A DNA stretch of 64,000 bases from Eledone cirrhosa (lineage: Eukaryota): positions 146,878,001 through 146,942,000 of the forward strand of contig OZ024742.1 of assembly GCA_964016885.1 (NCBI GenBank), read 5' to 3'. Below are positions 36,574 through 51,034 of this stretch, in pieces. How positions within the stretch are numbered: position 1 is the first letter of the stretch; each line of letters begins with the position of its first letter. The position numbers and the translations under genes are program-made. Below the pieces are notes generated by a model, which saw nothing but the letters and a program-made list of their open reading frames with translations, was not told the DNA's origin and did not search any database.

Positions 36574-36795
36574 AAGGTGGCCGTGTAGGAGACACGGTAA
36601 AAAGGCTCCCAGTCCACACTGTAAATGTGGTTAGTGTTAGGAAGGGCATCCAGCTGTAAAAAACCAGCCAGAGACACTTCCATGCGAGCGAGACATGGTC
36701 TCCCAACCATTCCCACATCAAATGGAACAAAACCGTCTAACCCATGCTATCGTGGAAGATGGACGTTAAACGATGATGATGATGATGATGATGAT
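36205..36795 (+). mobile_element. Two tandem RTE 3' UTR fragments
   Basis: 36205-36535 and 36573-36795, each with a (GAT)n tail. Confidence 0.75.
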
Positions 36796-36797
36796 AT

Positions 36798-37172
36798 ATT
36801 TCAGACAGAAAGGTTTTTGTCACTAATATACTTGGGCATCTCAATGAAAAGAATGAGAGAAGCATTTAAAACATAGTTTATCTAATGCCAAAACATCCAT
36901 TGTGGGTGGGGATACAAGCTAGACAAACTAATATTAGAAGGTTTCAATTGTATTGTCTTCAATATTGGTTGTCTTAATTTATTGGGATAATTCATTTTGT
37001 TTCTCAATTCCAGAAATTACAGTTAGGGAGACAATATGAGCAAATCTTTCTATTAGTTTGTCTAGCTTCCACTTCGCTCACAATTGGTGTTTTAGCATTA
37101 TATAAACCTTATTTCAAATGATTCTCTCATTTTTTTCATTGAGATTCCAAGTGACAAATAACAGTCTGAAAT
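36798..37172. repeat. Old imperfect fold-back element
   Basis: atttcagac...gtctgaaat ends; aagctagacaaactaata/tattagtttgtctagctt mirrored. Confidence 0.7.
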
Positions 37173-37825
37173 TTTCTACTCCTTAATTGATGTGTTAATA
37201 AATGGATATAATGTGTGCTATTTCTAACATCACAATAAACCTGTAAATTGTCCTGATACACATACATTCATTTGGTAGTTGAATTATGCTTGTGTTATTA
37301 AACACACCATGTAAATATTGGGCAACAACTATAACATTATTAAAGCAAATAAGAACCAGAAGCCAATAAGATTCTAAATCTTGCATGTGTTTAAGCCTTT
37401 CATTACCATATTTCTAATGAAACACACTACCTATAATTTTCAAATGATTTAGAAAATAATCAAGAATTTGGAGGGATTTATCATTATTGAGCAGGTGTTT
37501 GGAGCATAACTTAACAAAGGTTCTTACTTAAAAAATATGATGGAAGGTTTTCAAATAAAAATGTTTTAAAACAGTTTTGTATCATAGAATCAGAGACAGT
37601 TTCTGGCAGTTTCATATCAAAAGATTTAACAACACCCACCTACACTGTTGATTAAGTTACTTAGATAATAGACACTGCAAACTACTTCTAGTGAGCATTA
37701 TGACCAGTTTAAATATTGTATCCCATAAGTGTCCTTAATGTCAACAACTACCTGTGTATTTGCTATATATGTAGTACTTCTTTATAATTTTGAGGGTTAT
37801 AATAGAACCAGTTCAACAGATAGTT

Positions 37826-38242
37826 CAGTGGATTGACAGTATTGGTAGAGTCTCGGACAACATGTTTAGTGGCATATGTTTACAGCCCTTTACATTGTAA
37901 GTTCAAATCCCGCCAAGGTTAGCTTTGCTTTTCATCCTTTCAGGGTCAATAAAATAAAGTACCAGTAATGAACTGGGGTTGATTTAATCTACTTTCCCCT
38001 CCCCAAAAAATTGTTGGCCCTGTGCCTAAATCAGAAATCATTATTATGTGAATTGGCAGTATCGGTAGAGGGTTGGACGCCATGCTTTCTAGCATAGTTA
38101 CGTCCCTTTACAGTCTGAGTTCAAATCCCGCCGAGGTTAACTTTGCCTTTCATCCTTACGGGGTCGATAAAATAAAGTACCAGTAATGTACTGGATAATT
38201 GCTGGCCTTGTGCCTAAAGTAGAAACAATTATTATTATTATT
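37826..38242 (+). mobile_element. Two adjacent SINE A copies (older then younger)
   Basis: A/B boxes and core in each. Confidence 0.85.
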
Positions 38243-38299
38243 ACTTTCATATCTCTGTCATTGTTGTTATTTAACAGGAAAATTTGCCCTAATGAACAT

Positions 38300-38940
38300 C
38301 AAACTACACGCTACCTGCAGCCTCAGATATTTAGGACTTATCGGAGGGTCATTGCTGTTCCCAGTAGGCATGCCTTCTGGAGTGTTCCAAAAAAGGGGGC
38401 AGGGTTAACGTTCTTTAACCAGCCCTGGAATTTCTTTGAGATAGTACCTTGTGTCAAAGGGGTAAGCTACATCTATAATCAAGTAAGATCTTTTTTTTTT
38501 GTGAAAGACCACCAGGTCAGGCCTATTTTGTTCTAATTCTTTGTCCGGTTGTTTCATGAAATCCCACAGCACCTTCATCCAATCATTATCTATCATTAAC
38601 TCTGAATTAAGCTCATACCACTTCTCAGAATGAGGTAATTTGTTCAATTTACATAAATGTCAGTGAATCACTTTTCCTATAATATCATACCTTCACCCTT
38701 TATAGTTAGTTTGGGTTAGATGTTTACACTCAGATTGATGTGAGCCACAGTTTCTTCTCCCCACAGATCCTATAGAGCAGGCTAGCCCCCTTTGTCAATG
38801 TGGTGTTTCATCCACTTTGTTCTAAGGGCTTGTTCCTGTGCAGCCAGTAGCATTTCCTCTGTGGTTTTCTTAACGTTCCTTTTCTTTAATCAGTTCCATG
38901 TCTGCAAATCTCTGAATTCTGTTTTCTTTTTGCACATTTG
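38300..38940 (-). mobile_element. Degenerate R4/Dong-like LINE with restriction-like endonuclease
   Basis: TEEMLLAAQEQALRTKW; KVLWDF...NRPDLVV..KKKRSYLIIDVAYPFD (PD..D motif). Confidence 0.8.
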
Positions 38941-40700
38941 AGTGCTTTGTAACTGCCTCAAATAATTTGACTGGTATCTGCCCTATTGTAGCTTCAGCTT
39001 TGGTGTATACTTTATTTGTTAATTTGTTTATAATTACTAGCTGAGAGCTTATTTTTTGAGGTTGTCAATATCTCTTTGTGCTATTCACCCTTTGAATCAC
39101 CTGCCTAAAAAAATATTGTCAAATGAAATTCCTCTTTTGTGATCACGTGACACTGCAGTGCCAATTATTACCACAGTATATCGATAAGCAGCATCTTCAT
39201 GACAAAATAGGTGGATTTATCAAATGAATACCAGCTGGTGACAGAGCTCTTGTTATATTGTGTAACAACTGCCAGATGCATTTACAACTTGCATATGCAT
39301 ATTGCAACTCATAAGCCACTATTTGGGGAATTTTAGAAAACTTCCACTATCCAGAGAGACCATTCTTTCAGCCTAATCTTCAAGAAACAAATCTTTCCTC
39401 CCAATGAGATATAGTCCATAACATATTCTGACAGCTAGGGACTTGCAAGTATCCCCACTCTTACCTGTGCAATCATTTTTGGCACCCCACCTGAATATTG
39501 GAGTTTCCAACCTCCATCCAAATCTATGGTACCAGAGTCACAGAACTTTGTTGAGGAAACCCCTACTATATCAAGCCAGTAATATCTGGCCTCTTCCACT
39601 AGTTTCTATTCCTTACCTGTAAGGGTTGTAATGTTCCAGTTGCCAATTATTAAATTTTGCTTGCTCCCTTCTGAACCTTCCTTGAAGTCTAAGGATTACT
39701 AAACCTTTTCGTATCCACCCCACAGCTCCCAGGACAAGTCACAGGTCAATCACCAGTTTTTATGGTGTTAGGTGGAGACTGCAATATGATTTTTTTTAAC
39801 AGGCTCCTCTATCAAAACTAATGGGTGTAGGATCAGTTGACTGGAATTTGTAGATGAGATGGTACTACTTAACTTGTTAGAAAGGGATCTCCCACATGCA
39901 CTGGATAGGTTTGTGACTGAGTACTGAATAAAAGGAATGTAAATCAGTGCTACGAAGACTGAGACATTCATCCTTTCAAAGAAGCCATGCTTTACATGTA
40001 AGTGGAGTTTTACTGAAGCAAGTGGAGAAGTTCAATTATCTCGGGGTTTTGTGTGTGGGTAGGATGTAAGTATGTATGTGTATGTGTGTGTGAATTTTAT
40101 GCAGGTGTTTATGGATGTGTATGAGTGTGTATGTGTTGCTTGTGTGTCTATGTGTGTGTGTATATATATGTAGGCAAAAGTTTAGGTGTGTATGTATGTG
40201 TTTGTATGTATGCATAGGTGCATATGTGTGTTTATGTGTTTGTATCATCATTATCATCATCATCACGGTTTAACGTCCATTTTCCATGCTAGCATGGGTT
40301 AGACTAGCTGTCCCATTGTGCAACAAGCCAGGTCAGATGACCGCGTCATGCTCACACAGAACTGATTTTGGGTTGGTTTCTATGGATGGATGCCTTTCCT
40401 AATACCAACCACATACTTTACAGTATGAACTGGGAGCTGAGGGAGGTACATGGAGATTGGTGAGTTAGATCTAGGGTGGAACGCTTATCTGGAGAAGGGT
40501 GAAGTGTAGGGACATAGATGAGAGGTGGGATTTGAGGACATGTGTGGAGTGTTAGGCCATGGGAAGTGCAAGGGGGAGGATGTGGACAAGGGTATTAGGA
40601 CAGGGGGTGCATGGAAGGGGGAGGGGAAGATAATACATACAAGATGTATGCTTCAACTGGTGCACATGGAAGGTAGGTCTTCTGTATTACTATATATATA

Positions 40701-40860
40701 GGTGGTGAATTGGCAGAGCTGTTAGAACGTCGGATAGAATGCTTTGTGGTATTCATTTCAGCTCTCTGAGTTCAAATCCTGCTGAGATCAACTTTGCCTT
40801 TTATCCATTCAAGGTCAATAAAAAAAGTACCAGTCTAGTACTGGGGTCGATTCTTCCCCT
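40701..40860 (+). mobile_element. Old SINE A copy
   Basis: ggtggtgaattggcag...gagttcaaatcc... Confidence 0.7.
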
Positions 40861-41047
40861 ATATCTCTTTTTCACTTCCATTCTCTCTCTCTTTCTCTCT
40901 CTGTGTGTGGAAGAAATCTGCTTTATTTAGACTTGGAGAGGAGATGAATTCCACCAGATCTTAAAAAGAAAATTCCCTACCACTCCCCCAAGAGTTACAG
41001 GACTATACATAGATATACATATATATATGTGTGTATATATATATATA

Positions 41048-41115
<68 letters not shown>

Positions 41116-41134
41116 TGTGTGTGTGTGTGGACAT

Positions 41135-42270
41135 CATTGTAGGAGAAGGAAAACTCTGATGCAAAACCTGTGACTCAATGGCAGCTAATGATGATGACCT
41201 ACCTGATTTTCGCTTTTGAATACCTGTCACTGTTGTTCAGAGAGTGGGATCAGTCCAGTGCAAGACCTTTCTTCACGTGCAAGCATCACGTGGGATTTCC
41301 CTGAGCCTAGCATTTTATGTGTATAGTAAAACATTGAAGGTTGTGGATAAATGTGTGTATTTAAGCAACACAGTAAACATGACAAACACCCTTGATGATG
41401 AGATCTCATTACAACTAAAGAAAGCAAGTGATTCATTTGGTAAATTAAATGGGTGTCTCTGGAGTTGACATGGGATTTCCATTGACACAAAGTTAAAGGT
41501 CTACAGAACATGTGTGTATTGTCTTCATTGTTGTATGCATGTGAAACTTGGGTCACATACCAGCAAATTATAAAAATGCTTGAACATTTTCATCAAGTGT
41601 TTTTGCTGTATCCATTGGCAATCACATAGGAATGATGTTAAAGTGCTGAAAGAAAGTCATTTTGAAAGTATTGAATCTCTCATAATTCAATATAGATTGC
41701 GCTGGAGCAGCTATGTTGTAAGAATGCCAGATTATCATATTTCTAAGCAGTTACTGTATGGGGAGTTAGTCAAAGGCAAATAACCAAGGTATAAACCAAA
41801 TTTCAGGTATAAGGACTACATCAAAAAAGCTTTGATAAAGTTAAAAATCAGAGAAGATAACTGGGAAGGCATTGCCTTAAATCGATCATCTTGAAGGAAA
41901 ACAGTGTTTAATGGAAAACATGAATTTGAAAAATCTCATGAGAATCATGAAAAATTAAAGAGGAGTCTGCATAAGGATCTACTCAATATTACTTTACCTT
42001 TTCAGATGCTCAAAATGATTTTATGTGCAATAAGTGTGGCTGGATTTGCCTATGTAAAGCTAGTCTAAGAAGACATGTACAAAATGTAGGTGGTTATAGA
42101 CTCTTTGGCATTTCTTCCAGCTGGAAGTGTGAAAAACAATGTAACTCAGCTGGTGGACCCCAACATTATCTGAAAACTCACCAAAACAAAACAGGCAACC
42201 CAAGTGGAAGTAATTTTCATCTCTGCAGCATATGCAGAAAGGAATGTAAATCCTTGGCAGGGCTTAGAGG
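41135..42270 (+). mobile_element. Degenerate BovB-like RTE with C-terminal C2H2 fingers
   Basis: LDDEISLQLKKASDSFGKL; RLRWSSYVVRMPD..ISKQLLYGEL; CSICRKECKSLAGL. Confidence 0.8.
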
Positions 42271-42339
42271 GGGATTAAGTGGTGGCAATTCTTGAAATTG
42301 AGATGCAGCCATTATGCATGTATATATGTATGTATGTAT

Positions 42340-42985
42340 AGGATCCCGATGCTACTGTTTTATGGTGAGCTGCAACTTGGAAAAAGGCCTCAACATAAAC
42401 TGAAAATGAGGTACAAGAACAGCATCAAGAACAACCTCAAAGAGCTGGCATTTGATATAGACAACTGGGAAGAGATAGCTCTAAATAGGGCTGAATGGAG
42501 AAAGCGCATAAAGGGCAGTTGCAAAACATTTGAGGAATGTCATCTAGAACGTAAACAACTAAAGCATCATCTCCAGAAGGGCTATGCTCACAGTCTTGCT
42601 GAAGTGATCAGTAGTTGGACATGGAAATGCTGTCAGCGTCTACCCCTCTCAAAGGCTGGTTATGTTAATCACCTGAAGTCACATGAAAGAATAACCACCT
42701 GCAACACCACTCAACAAAGACCTGGCGAAACATGTGTGATATGCAACAAAGTGTGTAGAATTAGTTCCAAACTAAAAAAACACATGGTGGTGCATAAAGA
42801 TTGTGTCCAACAGGGTGACCCCACCAGTCCTGTGGAAAGCACAGCTCTCTTCTGTTGCCTGTGTCGTAAACGATGCAAATCTACAGCTGGTTTACAAAGT
42901 CATCTACGAAGTCATGGATATGGATCAAATGACAATTGAAGAACCAATAAGAGACGACAATCATCTGTGAAGACGCTGCAATCCT
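42340..42985 (+). mobile_element. BovB-like RTE 3' end with three C2H2-type fingers
   Basis: RIPMLLFYGELQLGKR...; CVICNKVC...HMVVH; CCLCRKRCKSTAGLQSHLRSH. Confidence 0.8.
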
Positions 42986-44199
42986 TATGTATGTGTGTGT
43001 TCTACTCACTGGCTGACTTCATTGTGTTAAAATATTAGAACCAATCTAGTCCACTTGTGATTGCTGTTTGTCCTGAGGTTGATATGATCAACTAAAGGCA
43101 ATGCTCCAACATGGCCACAATCTAATGAATGAAACCAGCAAAAGAATAAAAGAGTTACTTTAAAATATGTGGAGGTAAACCAAAGAATATTGACATGTTC
43201 CTAATGGATGGGAATGGTTTATAGTGAATCCTGTAGAGTTCTGGACTGTGAAATACAGTCTATTGGGTTGTTTGATATAAATATATGACCTCACAATCAC
43301 AATAGTGGAAATGATAGATGACAAGAGAATTGTGGCTTTTACAGAAGTATTGTGACATGTAAGATAGATGTAAGACAAATGTAAGACAAAAGATAATGGA
43401 AAATGTTCTAAAATTCAGAGGAAATCAGCTGTTCTATCAAGTCTCTCTCTCTCACTCACTCTCTCTCTCACTCTCTCTTCTCTCTCACTCTCTCTCTCTC
43501 TAAATATATATATATATATATAATCATCATCACTATTATCATCGTCATTATCGTCACCATTATTATTATTATTATCATCATCATCACCATTTCTTCCCCT
43601 GCTTGTAAGGGTTGGACAGGTGTTCACAGACCAAGTGAATATTCTTACTGATCTTTCAGATATACAATCTAGGGTAGTGGACTGGCAGATTTGTTAGGAT
43701 GTTAGATGAAATGCCTTGTATTTAGTCAAATGCCACATGCTCTGAGTTCAAATCCCACTGTGGCTTGCTTGAGTGGTACACTTAATTCATTACCCAGTTT
43801 AACACCACTACTTGGTCCTTGGGTGCATTTAGCAGAATCCACCGTGATTTAAACATTCAGACCATCAGAGCAACTCTCCAGTTTGAGATTACCTTCCTAC
43901 CTACCCTCCATCAGTTTCAGAAACCCTGAAAAGGTATCATTGGAAACTTCCCTTCCTTCCCTGATTAAATAGTAAAAAGTAAAAACACACTCTGCTTAAA
44001 ACATATGTCGGAATGGTCATACATGAAATGTCTTTCAACATGAGGCAGCTCAAACAGAACTAACACGAGGGCTAACCAGCAACAACAACACTAACAACAT
44101 GCAGGACTAGCATACATTTCTTTCTGTCTTTATTTTTTGGTTTATTTGCTAGCTCTAGCAGAAGGGTTTTTTCCCCATGACCTTTGTAGGCCTTCTGAA

Positions 44200-44400
44200 A
44201 CAGACGAGATTGATGTTCAGTTTAAATTGTTGCAGGTTGATACATGTACAGAGAGAGAATTCCAGAGGAGCACCTTTCTGAGAAGAAAGGACTGAGCATA
44301 GCAGTTAGTGCAGTCTCATGGGTGTGGACACAATATGGGTGATAGGAGGAGGAGAAGAGATGACTAAAGCAGAAGTACCTGAACAGAGGTGGGCACATGG
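44200..44400 (-). mobile_element. Degenerate CR1/Jockey-group LINE 3' end
   Basis: HPYCV...TNCYAQSFLLRKVLLWNSL...NLQQFKLNIN read across frameshifts. Confidence 0.5.
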
Positions 44401-44854
44401 TCTTCCAGCTCCAAGGATGTAAGCTGACACCTAGTTTTAGAGCTACTTTAGTAACATGTTTCATACCAGAAGGAAATACATACAACACAATATAAACAGA
44501 CTTGAATGTTTCAAAGACTCCAAAAACTAAGGAAATATCCCCCAACACCCCACTACCCCAAAAAAAGTAATTAAAAAAAAAGAAAGAAAATAATAATATT
44601 GCAGTTTCAGCTTATAATGTGTTTGTCTATTATAGTTTCTTTGATTATATTAAGTAGTGAAGTAAGTAACATATTAGCACAGTGAGGTGAGATGAGGAAA
44701 TTGGCAAAGAACCAGCACCGAGATTCAAAGATATCTTTGGAGATTCAGATATAGCTTTGAAATAGATCTAGTAAAAGTAAAATACTGTAAGAATACTGTG
44801 GCTACAGAGGAGATAAAGAGAGACGGAGAGAGATAAAGAGAGAGACAAATAATA

Positions 44855-45470
44855 CTTTAGGCACAAGGCCAGCAATTACCCAGTACATTACTGGTACTTT
44901 ATTTTATCGACCCGTAAGGATGAAAGGCAAAGTTAACCTCGGTGGGATTTGAACTCAGAATAATAAGAGATAATTGTTTCTACTTTTTGGCACAAGGCCA
45001 GCAATTATCCCAATGTATTACTGGTACTTTATTTTATCGACCCCGTAAGGATGAAAGGCAAAGTAAACCTCGGCGGGATTTGAACTCAGTCCGTAAAGGG
45101 ACGTAACTGTGCTACAAAGCATGGCATCCGACCCTCTACCGATACTGCCAATCCACCAGAATATAAGAGATAATTGTTTCTACTTTAGGCACAAGGCCAG
45201 CAATTACCCAGTACATTACTGGTACTTTATTTATCGACCCCGTAAGGATGAAAGGCAAAGTAAACCTCGGCGGGATTTGAACTCAGACTGTAAAGGGACG
45301 TAACTATGCTGGAAAGCACGGCGTCCGACTCTCTACCGATACTGCCAATCCCCCGCCCTGTATAATAATAAGAGATAATTGTTTCTACTTTAGGCACAAG
45401 GCCAGCAATTACCCAGTGCATTACTGGTACTTTATTTTATCGACCCCGTGAGGATGAAAGGTAAAGTCAA
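44855..45470 (-). mobile_element. Array of four SINE A copies
   Basis: Units separated by ataagagataat. Confidence 0.85.
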
Positions 45471-45874
45471 TATAAGAGATAATGATATATAACGAGAGAT
45501 AAGGGATAGAGATAAAAAAATATGTGTATGTATACACACACAAACACACACATATATATATACACATATATGTATAAATGTATATATGTATATGTGTGTG
45601 TGTGTGTGTATATATATTTATTAGTAACTACACAGCGCCTTTATCACTTTATATATATATATAAGATGTGTGTTAACTACCAACATGAGCACTAATTATA
45701 TGCAAATTAGTACGTCCATTTCAGAATACTACTAAGAGTGAATCTTCCTGAGAACTACATTAAGTGTACGGATGTCTGTGGAATGCTCAACCACATGCAC
45801 GTTAATTTCACAAGCAGGCTGTTCTGTTGACCAAATCAACTGGAACAACACTCTCTCTCTATATATATATATAT

Positions 45875-45908
<34 letters not shown>

Positions 45909-46281
45909 CCACCACTTAACATCCATTTTTCATACTAGCATGTGTTAGACAAGTTGCCCAGTTGTGAGATAGTCAAGGTCAAGTGACAATGTCTTTCTCA
46001 TACAGAACTGATTGGGGGCTTGGTTTCTACAGCTGGATGCCCTTTCTAATGCTAACCCCATTTACAGCGTGTGCTGCAGAGATGAAGGGTTCAATTCCTC
46101 ACAGACACCCCCTATCCACTTTTTCTATGTGTAATGATTTCTCAACTATTATTTAGTGATCATTTGTTATTATGATCATTTGAGTTGGAACAACTACATT
46201 TCAAATTTTCTCAATACTACTAAAGTCAACCATTTATTTATATATTTAAACATAAAGATGCACACATGTGCACATATATGT

Positions 46282-46322
<41 letters not shown>

Positions 46323-46339
46323 CATATATACATATACAC

Positions 46340-46379
<40 letters not shown>

Positions 46380-46387
46380 ATACATAC

Positions 46388-46440
<53 letters not shown>

Positions 46441-46943
46441 TACAACACACACATATATATATAAATATACACACACACACATACATATATACATATGTAT
46501 ATATATATATATATGTATATATAGAGAGAGAGAGTGAGAAAGAGGAAGATATTGTAGAAAGATATTAGCTAACAATTACATTTAATATGGAGCAACAAAG
46601 TAATTCACCCCAATTACGCATCAAACAAAATATGTTCGTTGTTGTTGTTGCTTTCTTCTTTACATGTTATTCTCCTGATAAAACCATATTCCAATTTCTT
46701 TTCTTTTTTTTTCTTACTCTCATCTATCTTTTATTTCTTCTTCTGTCTCTCTTTCTAGCTTCCGGTGAAGGACTAACATCCGAGACATTAAGACTCTTTT
46801 CCTGCTGTATTAAGTGTTAAACTAATATATATATATATATATATCATCATTGTTTTCTGTTCTTCTCTCATGTTTTTCCTGTTGACTTTTCTCATATATA
46901 TTATATATGCAGATATCAATACATACATATATATAATATATAT

Positions 46944-48910
46944 ATCATCATCATCATTTTACGTCCGCTTTTCCCTGCTTGCAAGGGTGGGACGGGTCCT
47001 ATTCAGCACAGCATCTCTCCACTTGTCACAGTCCTTCGTCATCTCCTCCATGAGCTTCACCTCTGCCCATGTTTTTCATGGTCTTCCTCTACTGCATCTT
47101 CCTTCTACTAGCATTTCTTGGAACTTCTTTACCCAGCGGTCATCCTCCATGTGCATCACATGTCCATACCATCTCAGCCTTCTCTCCTGCACACCACAAC
47201 TTATCCCTCTTATACACAGTTTCTCTCTCAACTCATCCATGCTTGGTCGTTCACGCACATTGACATTACACATCCAACAGAGCATGCTTGCTTCATTTCT
47301 CTCCAGCCATCGCATATCCACTGTAGTTGCTGCCCATGGCTCCTTAGATGAGCTGTTCCAGTGTGAAGCAAGTCAGGTTGGATGACCATGTCTTGCACAT
47401 ACAGAACTGATTTTGGCTTGGTTTCTATGGCTGGATGACCTTCCTAGGCGCTTTTTGTTATGACACCTATACGACCAATTTACAGTGTGGACTGAGTGCA
47501 TTTTGTCATGAGACCTACATGATTATTTAACAGTGTGGACTGAGTGCTTTTTGTTGTGACACCAGCACAATCACTTTACAGTGTGGGATGGGCGTTTTTG
47601 TCATGATACCTAAACAACCACTTTACAGTGAGGACTGGGGATCTGGGTGAGTGAGGTGCATGGAGATTAGGGAGGTAGATCTAGGGGAATGGATGAGGGG
47701 CTGGAATGATGAGACGTGAGTGGGTGTTACAGCATGGGAGGTGTATGGCAGTAGTGATGGAGGGGAATGTGACATATACCAGATATATGCCTCAACCCAT
47801 ACACATGGTAAGGCAGGTCTTATGTATTACTCCATAACACCAGAGATCACGGACCTGTGTCATCGCCATAGAGAGGTGCAATTGTGCAACTCATCCCAAG
47901 TCTTCTTAGGTCTTCCGATTCCAAAACTCCCATCAATTTTGAATGCCCTGCTTCTTTTTATACAGCTGTCATCTTTCATATGCATCACATATCCATACCA
48001 ATGCAATTTTCTCTCCTGCACACTGCATCCAATCCCGCTTATGCAGTGGTAATAGCTCCCTGAACATTCTCAAACCCTTTCTCACTATGGCAACTGTGCT
48101 TTCAGAACATCCTACTCCACTTCTAATTTGATCACCCAGATAACAGAAACTATCTACTACTTCTACAGAGCTCTCTGGGCATTTGAGAGAGCTATTATCT
48201 TGAGGGCTCTTGCTACTTACTGCACCAGTGCATCGGTCACATTTAAAACCTACATTCTTTGCTAACCTGCCTGAGATCCTACTACATCTCTTGTGTACAC
48301 ATAGTTTGCATTTAGGACATAGGATGGAATTTCTACTTACTCCTTTCCTGCACACTGAGTAAGGCCACTACCCTGAGGGTATCTGGGCCTTGTTTTCCTT
48401 TATACATGCTAGGACTTTAGTCTTTGACAAGTTAACTTTAAGACCTTTTGATTCTAGGCCATGCTTCCAGGTTTGGAATTTCTTCTTTAATTCTGCCATG
48501 GTTTCAGCTATAAGGGTTACGTCATCTGCATACAGAAGTTCCCATGGGCAGCCAGTTTTAAACTCCTTTGTTATAGCCTGCTGAAGCACCCAGTCCACTG
48601 TAAAGTGGTTGTTTAGGTGTTGCAACAAAAAACACCCAGCCCACATTATAAGGTGGTTGTGTAGGTGTCATGACAAAAATCACCAAGCCCAGACTGTAAA
48701 GTGGTTGTGTAGTAGTCATGACAAAAAGTACCTGGCACACACTGTAAATGTGGTTGGCATTAGGAAGGGCATCCAGCTGTAGAAATCTAGCCAGAAACAG
48801 TTCTGTACGAGCAAGACATAGTCACCTGACCCAACTTGCCTTTAATGGGACAACCCATCTAACCCATGCTAGCGTGAAAAGTGTATGTTAAATGACGATG
48901 ATGATGATGA
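46944..48910. mobile_element. Older RTE copies: 46944-47320(-), 47340-48583(-), 48584-48910(+)
   Basis: YADD, CRKGVSRNSILC, FCYLG remnants; 3' UTRs. Confidence 0.85.
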
Positions 48911-49308
48911 TAAACATATATATATATATATAATATATATATGCATATTTATTGTATACATACATACATTTTATTTGATTTGTATGTTAAATAAAAATCT
49001 GTTATGTTTGGAATACAACTTTATTGTTTTCTGCTAGAAAGAGGTTAAACAAAAATTGGAGAAATTAATTAACACATTATAAAACTGATGAAACGGTAAA
49101 ACAAATGATTACATAATGCTATTGTGAAACAAAACTATCCTCTAAATGACACTTAAGAATATTTTAGATATTAAAACTTCATACTATTATCCACTTGTGA
49201 GAAATGACAAAGCCAAGCCATCAAAACATAAAGTGTTGGCTAATATGTGAGATTTGAATTTTTGCCAAATTCTCTGACATAAGATAGGAAAGTGGTTGGT
49301 TTATATTG

Positions 49309-49372
<64 letters not shown>

Positions 49373-49540
49373 CATAATTACTAACAAAAATATAGATGCC
49401 ATATTTGAAGTTTTTGTTAAATTTAAATATGCTTTTGTAATTATGTATTCTTACATTCTTTGCAAATTATCTCTTGTTAATGTTTGATATATTTATTTAT
49501 ATGTGTAAATCATTTTTTAAATTTCATATATATATATATA

Positions 49541-51000
49541 TTAGAATTAACAATGAATATAGTGAAGAGTTTAGCGTAAAAGTTGGCGTCCATCAGGGCT
49601 CTGTTCTCAGCCCCCTACTATTTATTATTGCCCTTCAGGCTATAACAGAGGAGTTCAAGACCGGCTGCCCATGGGAACTCCTATACGCAGACAGCTGACA
49701 CTCATAGCTGAATCAATGGCCGAGCTAGAGAAGAAATTCCAAACATGGAAGCACGGCCTAGAATCAAAAGGACTTAAAATTAACCTGGCTAAGACTAAAG
49801 TTCTAGTTTGCGGGAAGTGGCCATGCTCAGTGTGTAGGAAAGGCATAGGTAGAAACTCCATTTTATGTCCCAAATGCAAAGTATGGGTGCATAAAAGATG
49901 TAGTGGGATCACAGGTAAGCTAACTAAGAACAGATTTTACATGTGGCCGGTGCTCTGGTGCAATAAGTAGCAGCAAGTGCCCACAAAATACTAGCTCTTT
50001 CAACTGCGCAGAGGGTTCTATAGAAATAGTGGACAGCTTCCGTTACCTGGGCGATAAAATTAGCAGTGGGGGAGGGTGCTCTGAAAGTACTGTAGCTAGA
50101 GTCAGAACTGGTTGGAAAAAGTTCAGAGAGCTTATACCACTATTAGCTGCTAAAGGGTTCTCCCTAAAAATGAAAGGCAGGTTGTATGATGCCTGCATAC
50201 GAACAGCAATGTTGCATGGCAGTGAGACCTGGGCATTGTGTGCAGAGGATATACGCAGACTAGAGAGGAATGAAGCTTGCATGCTCCGCTGGATGTGTAA
50301 CAGTAATATACGTGAACGGCAAAGCATAAACGAACTAAGGAAAAAATTAGAAATAAGAGGGATCAGATGTTGTTTACTCGAGAGAAGGCTACGTTGGTAT
50401 GGACACGTGATGCGCATGAAAGTCGATAGCTGTATAACAAAGTGCAGGGCAATAAAGATAGACGGTAGCCACGGAATAGGCAGGCCTAGAAAAACCTGGG
50501 ACGAGCTGATAAACTCCGACCTCACACACTTACACCTCTCCAAGACAATGTCACTGGACCGAGACCTTTGGCGGTACTCAGTAACAGAGAAGACCCGCCT
50601 TACCTAAATACATAGTAAAACCTACTACAGCCAGTAGGCATCTCTAACAAAATACACCCCGTCCCACCACCCCCACCCCATCCACACCACCCCGTTCTAT
50701 GTAAAGTTATGTTGGTGCCTCGCCATCCAGGCCAAAACAAATGAGATCGTGTAGGTGTCACGACAAAAAAACACACAGTCCACGCTGTAATGTGGCCGTG
50801 TAGGCAACACGGTAAAAACCTCCCAGCCCCACACTGTAAATGTGGTTGGTGTTAGGAAGGGCATCCAACTGTAGAAAACCTGCCAGACTGTCCTATGCGA
50901 GCAAGACAATCACTCTTGCCTCAAATGGGAATATCCCCGTCCAAACCCATGCAAGCGTGGAACACAGACGTTAAACGTTGATGATGATGATGATGATGAT
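49541..51000 (+). mobile_element. 5'-truncated RTE LINE (subfamily 2), frameshifted
   Basis: ORFs 49474, 49671 and 50029 together give the RT C-terminal half; (TA)n flanks. Confidence 0.95.
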
Positions 51001-51034
51001 ATATATATATATATATATATTTCATATATTTCAT

